Shown here: piece by piece, positions 56,746 through 64,000 of the stretch
How the letters are laid out: each line of letters starts with the position of its first letter
Position numbering within the stretch: the stretch's first letter is position 1
Virus record (IMG/VR): IMGVR_UViG_3300032516_000011
Span: 1 to 64,000 of that record
Source: a virus
Reading direction: 5' to 3' (one strand)
DNA length: 64,000 bases
Position numbers and translations under genes: made by a program
Notes under the pieces: model-generated
What the model was told of the DNA's origin: nothing
Database searches by the model: none
Seen by the model: only the letters and a program-made list of their open reading frames with translations

Positions 56746-58728
56746 ATGCCAACACTTCCATTTGATGGGACAGCTCTTTCGGCTTCGGACGCAACTATAG
56801 CAACATACAGCCGGCTCCAGTATCCCAACCCATTCTTTGATTTATCCAGGCATTATTTTCCAAAAACAGTTAAGACACTGTTTAAATATTGCCGTATCTT
56901 TTTTTATCAAAATGAATTTATCAGTAATGTTATCACCAAGTTAGCCGAATACCCTGTCACTGATTTCCTCTACGAAAATATTCAGGACAAAGAAGTTAAG
57001 GCTAACTATAAGGAGTTAATAGATCACCACCTCAATTTAAAGTCATTCCTTATTGAATGTGGACTGGATTACTTTACTTACGGTAACTGTATCATCTCTG
57101 CAAACATGAAGTTCAAACGCTTCTTGCAGTGTCCTGCGTGTAAAGAAATGTTACCTGCAGAAAATGTAAAATTTAGATGGGTAAATTATGCCTTCATTGG
57201 TAAGTGTGAAAAATGTAGCGTCGAAGGAGTAACCTTCAAGATAGTCGATAAATATTTAAAGAGCCCGCGGTTCTTAAAATTTATACGCTGGGCCCCAGAA
57301 AATGTTAATTTAGATTACGATGATTTGACTGGCGAAACCGTGTACTATTACACGATGAACGATAAAACAAATAAAGCTATACGAGAAGGCAAGCCCGAAG
57401 TTCTGGTACGAGTCCCTAAAATTTTCATTGATGCTATCAAGAACAATAAAAAAATAGTACTTGACGCACACAACCTATTCCATCTGAAACGTCCTACTCT
57501 TGCCGAAGAAGATCAGGGCTGGGGCAAACCATTACTCCTTCCCACTATGAAAATGCTTTGGTATATGCAGACATTACGCAGAGGAAATGAAGCCATAGTA
57601 GCAGACCATCTTATCCCTAACCGTGCTGTATTCCCTTCGTCTCAGGGCAACCTCGATCCATTTACACAGCTTAATATGGGTCAATGGAGAAGTAACGTCG
57701 AAGATCAAATACTCAAGTGGAGACGCGATCCTAATGCGATTGGCATATTCCCTATACCTATTGGATATCAATCCCTTGGTGGAGATGCACGCGTACTTAT
57801 GGTTACTCCCGAGTTAAAGTATCTTGAAGAGTCAATCATCAACGCGCTCGGTGTTCCGGTTGAATTTATTAAAGGCGGTTCTACATGGACCAGCTCTTCG
57901 GTATCTCTACGGATAGTAGAGAACCACTTCCTTACATACCGGGAAGAGCTCGACAAATTTATAAACTATTTTATTGTGCCTAAAATCCGGTATTTTTTAG
58001 GCTACCCTCCTGTAACAGTTCGTCTAAAGAAGTTTAAAATGATGGATGATTACCAAACTAAAGAAATTATGTTGCAGATGTCACAGCTTGGGAAGCTATC
58101 GGATACTACCTTCTATTCTGAGATGGGTATGGATCCACAGGAAGAGATAGAGAATCGGCGTCAGGAAGCAAAGGTACAAACAGATATACAGACGCAATCA
58201 ATGCTTGCTCAAGCTGATGCTCAAGGTAAGTCACTGGTTCTGCAGGCACGGTACCAAGCGAAAGCACAGTATGATGCTATCGAAGAGACAGCCCGTATAA
58301 AAGAACGTAAGTTTTCTCCTGAGCTTATAAAAGAATTACAGCTCACAGACATTGATCCCTCGGACTTTCTGGAAAAGCAATCGATTATGATCGAAGGATT
58401 GGATCCAGCTAAACAACAACAGTTACTTGAAATATACCAACAAAAGGCTCCGGTAGCATTTGGTTTTTTAATGAAAAGATTACAAGGACTGTCCGGGCTA
58501 ACTCCTGAAGCTATGGCGCAGCAACAAATGGAAGCAGAGAGTATGAAGCAGCAAGATAAGATGCAAGGTAAACAACACGAACGAGATATGGAAAAAGCAA
58601 AGGTTGAAGAGAAGCATTCAAAGACCGAGCACGAACGTCATATAGAACGTACATCAGTTGATATGGCAAAGAAAGAACATGCTGCACAAGTAGAAAAAGA
58701 AAATCCAAAGGAAGAAAAAAAGAAATGA
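56746..58728 (+). CDS. Portal protein
   Basis: YPNPFFD, KLAEYP, DYFTYGN, WGKP, I..ALGVP..F..G motifs; CxxC insert; charged C-terminal tail. Confidence 0.8.
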   Translation: MPTLPFDGTALSASDATIATYSRLQYPNPFFDLSRHYFPKTVKTLFKYCRIFFYQNEFISNVITKLAEYPVTDFLYENIQDKEVKANYKELIDHHLNLKSFLIECGLDYFTYGNCIISANMKFKRFLQCPACKEMLPAENVKFRWVNYAFIGKCEKCSVEGVTFKIVDKYLKSPRFLKFIRWAPENVNLDYDDLTGETVYYYTMNDKTNKAIREGKPEVLVRVPKIFIDAIKNNKKIVLDAHNLFHLKRPTLAEEDQGWGKPLLLPTMKMLWYMQTLRRGNEAIVADHLIPNRAVFPSSQGNLDPFTQLNMGQWRSNVEDQILKWRRDPNAIGIFPIPIGYQSLGGDARVLMVTPELKYLEESIINALGVPVEFIKGGSTWTSSSVSLRIVENHFLTYREELDKFINYFIVPKIRYFLGYPPVTVRLKKFKMMDDYQTKEIMLQMSQLGKLSDTTFYSEMGMDPQEEIENRRQEAKVQTDIQTQSMLAQADAQGKSLVLQARYQAKAQYDAIEETARIKERKFSPELIKELQLTDIDPSDFLEKQSIMIEGLDPAKQQQLLEIYQQKAPVAFGFLMKRLQGLSGLTPEAMAQQQMEAESMKQQDKMQGKQHERDMEKAKVEEKHSKTEHERHIERTSVDMAKKEHAAQVEKENPKEEKKK

Positions 58729-58931
58729 TGGAAAAGTACGGGGTAGTAAAAGAAGTAGTGATGGGCGAGGTACGTTTTCAAGTACCCCTTAATGCTACAG
58801 AGGAAGAAATAATAAGGGAAGGTGATGCTAGAGGAGTTGAATTTGAGAAAATGGCTTCTTGGAAGGAGGTAGACGATGGAGGAACGGAGAGTGTCCACAT
58901 TCGATCTGAGCAATCTACAGGAGAAAATTGA
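58725..58931 (+). CDS. Small acidic hypothetical protein
   Basis: 68 aa, ATGA overlap with the portal gene. Confidence 0.55.
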   Translation: MMEKYGVVKEVVMGEVRFQVPLNATEEEIIREGDARGVEFEKMASWKEVDDGGTESVHIRSEQSTGEN

Positions 58932-59037
58932 GTACGAGAGGATCCTGAACAAGTACGGGATTATTAAAGAAGAGTTCGCGTATATGAGGGACAGTACTCC
59001 AAAAGTTACTGTCTGGTATGTAGTGGAGGATGAATAA
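58876..59037 (+). CDS. Small hypothetical protein (53 aa, not in ORF track)
   Basis: AGGAGGT SD, then MEERRVSTFDL...VWYVVEDE; stop directly before the terminator. Confidence 0.65.
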   Translation: MEERRVSTFDLSNLQEKIEYERILNKYGIIKEEFAYMRDSTPKVTVWYVVEDE

Positions 59038-59069
59038 AAAAGGCCCTTATTACAGGGCCTTTCTTTTTT
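59036..59069. terminator. Bidirectional intrinsic terminator
   Basis: A-run, AAAGGCCCT...AGGGCCTTT hairpin, T-run, between convergent genes. Confidence 0.85.
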
Positions 59070-59073
59070 GCTT

Positions 59074-59463
59074 TTATTTTTTTATTTTGTAAGGAAGATA
59101 ATGAATTATAGTGGAGCTATATAATATCAAAGATACAATTGTTGCAAGTGTCATTGTTAATGGTGGTGGTGTAAATATAATGCCGAGTAACATTACTGCG
59201 TAGCAGACTATACGTGCACATATTAAATGTACTAACGCATAGATGCCTATTTCCGGTATTATAGTATATTGTAGAAGTAATTTACCGATGAAGGAGCCGT
59301 AATTAAATTCCTTTTGGCTCATTAATTTTGTAAATACCAAAGTAGCTATCAATGCCTCAACAACTATACCCATAGCATATGGTAGCCATATCAATGGTGG
59401 TGAAACAAAAATAAAGGTTAGCAATACTGCAAGTCCGCTATAGGGTACGCGTATTTTAAGCAT
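59074..59463 (-). CDS. Multi-pass membrane protein
   Basis: 129 aa, mostly hydrophobic; overlaps the glycosyltransferase stop. Confidence 0.6.
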   Translation of the reverse strand: MLKIRVPYSGLAVLLTFIFVSPPLIWLPYAMGIVVEALIATLVFTKLMSQKEFNYGSFIGKLLLQYTIIPEIGIYALVHLICARIVCYAVMLLGIIFTPPPLTMTLATIVSLILYSSTIIHYLPYKIKK

Positions 59464-61004
59464 ATTCTTTCAACCAACCGAGCATCTGTGCCCGTTTTTC
59501 GTCCCACATAAAGTTCTTGTAGACACGATCAATGGCAGCTTCATTAAGAACTCTTTTCCGTCCATTGGCTACCCATTTTTGATATTCTTTTTCTAATGCT
59601 TCAACATATAGCCTTGTATTAACAATTGGGCGAAGATGCCCATTGTCCATTGCAATATTGATGTGTGCAACGTTCGGGATTATGTGGCCTGTTTCTCCAA
59701 GCATTTCTGGAATTGAAGAGTTGTTTGGAGCAATAGTTGTAGTGCCTACTGCAGAGGCTTCAATCAGCGACAGCCCTACGCCTTCACCAAGAGCAGTGCT
59801 AAGATTAACATCTGCCATGTTATAAAACCCATTCAATTCTTCGTCCGAAATAGGATTAGCATATACGTTACCAGCGAATGCGGTAATAGTGTTGTTGACA
59901 TCGGTGTTCTCGAAGCCTGCATTAATCATGTGTGCCTGAAGAATATTCGCGCGTCCAGGACCCATCATACGCTCTTGTGTATTACAGTGTAAATAAAGAA
60001 TTGCATCCTGATGCCCCCCATGCTGTTCAATAACATCAGTGGCCGCACATCCGTTGAGATCGCATGTTGGGCGAGTTGCAACGTAGGAATTACCGCACTT
60101 GCATACTTTATAGCCCTTTGTAAAATGTGCCCACGCACGAAGTGTTCCAGGTATAAATTTTCTTGGTTGAAATCTATTGTTTGAAATAGCCATAAATTTA
60201 TCATCCCAGCCACGTGCTTTACGCAACTGTGTTATTGCTACCTGTGGTAATGGGTAGAATATTTCGGTATTGACTCCGTGATATAGATATTCAATATTGG
60301 TTGTCGCAAGTTCGGGTATAGCTTCTTTTATACTTTTAATGCCCCATTTTGTATAGGTAACGAGTTTATTCATGCCTAACATGGTATTTCCCCACGAACG
60401 AGAAACGGGACTACCATCTATAGGAAAATAACCCACGATAGGGATTTTGTCATTAAATTTCTTTACAGAAGGCAATACGAAATCAATGTTGAATATATCT
60501 TGGAAAAGAAGAATGATGTCGGGATTGAAATCCGGCAGAACTCTCTGCATGCGATCGAGGCCAAGCATGTCCTGTAGATCGACGGGGTATATAAAGTACT
60601 TCGTAGTATCATAACGATGGATACCATAATAATTGACTCCGAGAATAGCAACTTCAAATTCTTGATGTAGATCTCTGAAGAGATTTTCTGCTACTATTCC
60701 GAAACCTGTTTTAACTGTTGGAGCGTCACCTACATGTTATCCTAAGGGCTTTTTATCCCTTAGTTCTTACAATTTTATTCTTGTAAGTCCAGCATATATT
60801 TTCAACCATTTTAAGGTTGTCGGGCACTCGTGCGAGCATTATATTTATTCAGCTCGTATGCGTTACACTGTCAATAGACCTTTAGCAATTCCATTGATTA
60901 GCACGGTATTGGCATTTCAGCGTTCACCGTTTTTGTCCGATTCATCATACAAGTTTCCTTGTATGCGGGCATTGCTACCAAATAAGTAACTTCTTTTTAT
61001 TCAT
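59456..61004 (-). CDS. GT4 (GT-B) glycosyltransferase, intron-split: join(61004..60977, 60729..59456), about 433 aa
   Basis: Spliced N-terminus MNKKKLLIW-C-DAPTVKTGFG; HGVN, NRFQPRK, GEGVGLSLIEA motifs. Confidence 0.88.
60730..60976 (-). ncRNA. ORF-less group I intron (247 nt)
   Basis: P1 GGU|A-GCAA-UGCC with U.G splice pair; P2 CATACAAG/CTTGTATG; P7 GCATA/TATGC; P9 hairpins; terminal G; splicing removes an in-frame TAG. Confidence 0.9.
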
Positions 61005-61038
61005 TTTGTAGTGTTGGTTAATGTTTTAATGTACCCCT

Positions 61039-61067
61039 ATTATACGAAAAATATATGACAAAATCAA
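61039..61067 (-). promoter_or_regulatory. Sigma-70 promoter of the glycosyltransferase
   Basis: TTGATT-N17-TATAAT. Confidence 0.75.
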
Positions 61068-61116
61068 GTTTTGGCCAGCAAAAAATGGTTTTGGCCACAT
61101 TTAATTTGGGCAAAAT

Positions 61117-61145
61117 TTGACTCTTATTAGTTTTATTTGTATAAT
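61117..61145 (+). promoter_or_regulatory. Sigma-70 promoter of the HNH gene
   Basis: TTGACT-N17-TATAAT followed by AGGAG SD. Confidence 0.78.
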
Positions 61146-61163
61146 AATTTAGGAGACTACTAT

Positions 61164-61676
61164 ATGACAAAAATCGAAAGAAAAGAATACCAACGAAAAT
61201 GGAGAGAATCTCACAAGGGATACTATAAACTATACTGTGAAAAAAATAAGTATCAAATAAGTGCCAATCGTAAACGATGGTGGGCAACCCATAAGAAAAA
61301 ACATATAGAGTATGAAAACACAAGAAAAAAGAAATATATTTATAAGCCAGAATCAGAAAAAGTAAGTAAGCATAAGAACTACTATTTATGGGTTCATGCA
61401 AAACGTAGAGCTAAAAAAAGTAAGGTTCCGTTCACTATAAAAGTAACGGATATAATTATGATGGAGCATTGTCCATATTTAAATATCCCGCTATATAGAG
61501 GTAATAAAATACATTGTGCGAATAGTCCTTCCATAGATCGCATTGTTCCAGAGAAGGGGTACATCCCCGAGAACATACAGGTGATATCATATAAAGCAAA
61601 TCTTATGAAGAATGACGCCAGTATCGATCGCCTAATAATTTTTGCCAACAACATATTAAGAATACATAGTTCTTGA
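61164..61676 (+). CDS. Free-standing HNH-like (beta-beta-alpha) homing endonuclease
   Basis: CPYL...SPSIDRIVPEKGYIPENIQVISYKANLMKN; basic N-terminus; ATG 61164 after SD. Confidence 0.8.
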   Translation: MTKIERKEYQRKWRESHKGYYKLYCEKNKYQISANRKRWWATHKKKHIEYENTRKKKYIYKPESEKVSKHKNYYLWVHAKRRAKKSKVPFTIKVTDIIMMEHCPYLNIPLYRGNKIHCANSPSIDRIVPEKGYIPENIQVISYKANLMKNDASIDRLIIFANNILRIHSS

Positions 61677-61750
61677 TAAGGTAAAAAAAATGCAAGACGA
61701 TTATGCACCTTTTCTTTTACTTTAAATGTCACTACTTGGTATTGGTTAAA

Positions 61751-61777
61751 TAAAAGGGGAGCCCAAAGACTCCCCTA
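61751..61777 (-). terminator. Intrinsic terminator
   Basis: AGGGGAG...CTCCCCT hairpin then TTT on the minus strand. Confidence 0.7.
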
Positions 61778-61780
61778 ATA

Positions 61781-62668
61781 CTATTCGTTCCAGCCCAGTG
61801 TTTTCAACTGGAGCTTATATTGTTTTTTATTGAAAGATATCTTGCCAACGCAATTATTGCAATATTCCTTGCCGGCTATTGTACCACATCTTTCTTTTGT
61901 TTTTTTCCAATCATCATGTAACATATTGGGGCGTAAATCTCCGTGACCATAACTAAATAGGCCGGTAGATTTCGCTTCATCCCAAGTTATATCCTGTCGG
62001 TTCTTTTCAAACACGGCTTTACTTGTATAATGCAGGGGCGTCAGTAAAATGCCCGCTGATCCCATTTCTTTGAATACTTGTTTATGGAAATCAGTCATTG
62101 GCAATGTTATATCGGCCACTATACGTACCTGTGTAGGACAGCTTATTTTTTTATATTGAATAGCTTGCTGTAGTCGCCATTCATTGGTCGCGCCTTGCAA
62201 AACTGGACCTTTTTCTAACGCATCCGCTCCTAAGCTTATGTGTACAATACCTTGTGATTGTATTACGAGATTTGCTACCCTAGGATCGTATTCTAATATC
62301 TTAGATGTTACAACCGGCCTCATTTTGTATTTGACACAATACTCTAAAACTTGATATAATTGTGAGCGTGTGTTTCTATGACCACATTCAACATTCTTAC
62401 CCAATCTTAAAATATGTGCTGGGTACTTTAGGGCTATTTTTTTGAATTCTGATTCTTTTACTTCCTTGACTTTATAAGCATCTGGATCTTTTTTATAGAG
62501 GTACGCAGCATAACAGTATGCACATGCTTTATCTCTATCTGCTTTTCCGGCTGCGTCTAAAGTGACAGAACAAACATTCGATTCAATATCTAAATTGAAA
62601 TCTAAAATACATAGCTCATAATGTTGCCCTTTTCCGGGCACTATTTTTGCTACGGGATTATTTGACAC
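61781..62668 (-). CDS. Radical-SAM-like / SplB-like protein
   Basis: C-x15-CAYCYA, LRLG, VTSK TIM-barrel pattern; C-terminal C...CNNC. Confidence 0.55.
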   Translation of the reverse strand: MSNNPVAKIVPGKGQHYELCILDFNLDIESNVCSVTLDAAGKADRDKACAYCYAAYLYKKDPDAYKVKEVKESEFKKIALKYPAHILRLGKNVECGHRNTRSQLYQVLEYCVKYKMRPVVTSKILEYDPRVANLVIQSQGIVHISLGADALEKGPVLQGATNEWRLQQAIQYKKISCPTQVRIVADITLPMTDFHKQVFKEMGSAGILLTPLHYTSKAVFEKNRQDITWDEAKSTGLFSYGHGDLRPNMLHDDWKKTKERCGTIAGKEYCNNCVGKISFNKKQYKLQLKTLGWNE

Positions 62669-62867
62669 TTCCTCGACTCACCCCTGCTATATACTCATCG
62701 CGTTCGATAAGTCTTGCATAGAGTAAGCGACCAAAGGGTATTTTCCTTACAACGTTGAGTAATCCACCGATTGCTTCTTTATCGGAAGCTTTTACCCAAA
62801 TTGTTTTCTCGAATTGTTTTTTCTTTTTAAGCGATCCGCATGTAACTCTCGCTCGATAATACTTCAT
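62658..62867 (-). CDS. Small basic hypothetical protein
   Basis: 69-aa ORF overlapping the next gene. Confidence 0.55.
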   Translation of the reverse strand: MKYYRARVTCGSLKKKKQFEKTIWVKASDKEAIGGLLNVVRKIPFGRLLYARLIERDEYIAGVSRGSVK

Positions 62868-63043
62868 TCTTTAGTGGTATTCCTCAGTACTTAACCTTAC
62901 ACCTTATATATCCTTGCTTATGCTTTTTTCAGGTATTTCTCGATCCTATCATAAAGAAGGGTCGCTATTACAATTGAAAGAGTTGCAAACGCAAATACAA
63001 ACTCTTTTCTCTGAATATGCATAGCCGGTGTGCTGGTCTTTGA

Positions 63044-63436
63044 TTACGAAGTATGACAGTACAGTATGTAGAACCTGTTAGCCTCGTCGATCAGTATATT
63101 TATAGCTTCGTCTATATCTCGTAAATCTACGAGTAACCGGGATATCACAACGTTCTCTTTTTGTTTTAATCTGTAATTGAACCCCGGTATTTTTGTCATT
63201 GATAGGTGAATGTTGAGCGGCTTGCTCAACTCTTGTTGCAGTTCCCTTGTAAAAGCATGCCCTTTGTCTAATAATTGGTAAGACCAACTGATTCTCATGG
63301 GATGTACTAAACGATCACCAGTAAATGACCATTTCTTTACATGTGCCAAGGGCATTAGAGCGGAGGCATAGAATCCAATCAAAGGTATATCGAATTCTAA
63401 TCTTGATAATTTTTGTTGCTGAAACAACTCGTCCAT
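63044..63436 (-). CDS. Hypothetical protein translationally coupled to the RT
   Basis: ATG (MDELF...) overlaps the RT stop as TAATG at 63434-63438; the track uses an upstream start at 63508. Confidence 0.6.
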   Translation of the reverse strand: MDELFQQQKLSRLEFDIPLIGFYASALMPLAHVKKWSFTGDRLVHPMRISWSYQLLDKGHAFTRELQQELSKPLNIHLSMTKIPGFNYRLKQKENVVISRLLVDLRDIDEAINILIDEANRFYILYCHTS

Positions 63437-64000
63437 TACACTACATCTATGTTCAAAAGTTGTTGGAGTAATTGGTTGCCCCGAGACGGGTTGAGAGATC
63501 GGATCCATTCTATTTGGCCCCTTAATTGCTGAAAATTTGTGGTGGTTATTGTGATGCCACTGTGTTTCAAATTATGAAGCTGGGCACGTAGATTTCTCCA
63601 AACTTCTTTTCTTATACTTGTTTTTTTATTGACCACAACGCCGGTTATTTGTTGCCTTTGATAATATCTTCTTATTTTTGTCTTTTTTTTATTCGGACGC
63701 AATCCATACGCAAAAATGTGTGAATATACGGTTGCCTTTAATTTTAATATGTTTGGAGTATCGCCTGAAATTGCAATATCGTCTGCATAGCGCGTAATGG
63801 ATACGTTGTGCACTGTTGCTAGATCTGATAATTTTTTATCCAGTCCTAAGCATACTAAATTTGATATAATTGGAGAGGTAGGCGCACCTTGTGGCAGGGA
63901 GCTATCATAGCACATTAAGTTTGTAATTATGTTAACATCTTCTTCTGTGTATGCAAAAAGTTTTTGTTGCTGGAATAACCAATTAAGAGTACCGTTAACA
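63436..64000 (-). CDS. Retron-type reverse transcriptase (5'-truncated by window edge)
   Basis: LPQGAPTSPIISN, TRYADDIAISG, N.KKT, QITG (retron VTG-like); frame is open to the window edge. Confidence 0.88.
   Translation of the reverse strand, partial: VNGTLNWLFQQQKLFAYTEEDVNIITNLMCYDSSLPQGAPTSPIISNLVCLGLDKKLSDLATVHNVSITRYADDIAISGDTPNILKLKATVYSHIFAYGLRPNKKKTKIRRYYQRQQITGVVVNKKTSIRKEVWRNLRAQLHNLKHSGITITTTNFQQLRGQIEWIRSLNPSRGNQLLQQLLNIDVV

Noticed and set aside
60974-60977. In-frame TAG in the glycosyltransferase as stop-codon recoding or pseudogene
   Set aside because: Explained by the group I intron. Other genes are full length in code 11 and TAG is used as a normal stop.
63436-64000. RT as a group II intron maturase
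   Set aside because: The C-terminus is short with no X or endonuclease domain, no domain V/VI-like RNA is evident after the stop, and the next gene is directly coupled.
1-64000. CRISPR array, rRNA, integrase or IS element
   Set aside because: No regularly spaced repeats, rRNA-like stretch, or recombinase/transposase motifs were seen.

Overview
This window is a segment of a large, AT-rich, contractile-tailed (myovirus-like) dsDNA bacteriophage genome, read in the standard bacterial code. The + strand carries virion genes in two blocks. The first (1-4279) has a neck/tail-completion-like protein, the tail sheath and the tail tube. The second (30309-59037) has a tail chaperone with a -1 frameshift, tape measure, baseplate hub with lysozyme-like domain, a sigma factor, baseplate, tail fibre, holin candidates and portal. 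Between them lies a 26 kb - strand block of replication, nucleotide-metabolism and host-takeover genes: PolA, RpoD-like sigma, DNA ligase, class II RNR, dUTPase, RecU, SSB, Sak4-like ATPase, exonucleases, helicase, RNase H, peptide deformylase, a degenerate CCA enzyme and a tmRNA. The right end has a GT4 glycosyltransferase, an HNH nuclease, a radical-SAM-like gene and a truncated retron-type reverse transcriptase. Two group I introns could be delimited. The strongest candidate for an undescribed system is a compact phage-encoded ubiquitin-like operon (650-aa Cys-containing protein, Ubl precursor with GG plus a 9-aa extension, JAB peptidase, ThiF/E1) directly downstream of a tmRNA with a 29-codon tag. 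Other leads are Ser-Gly enrichment in virion proteins (possible glycosylation sequon), K-x-A repeats in portal-adjacent proteins and several apparently leaderless genes. Indirect clues point to an FCB-group host. All calls come from motif recognition by eye; no database searches were run.
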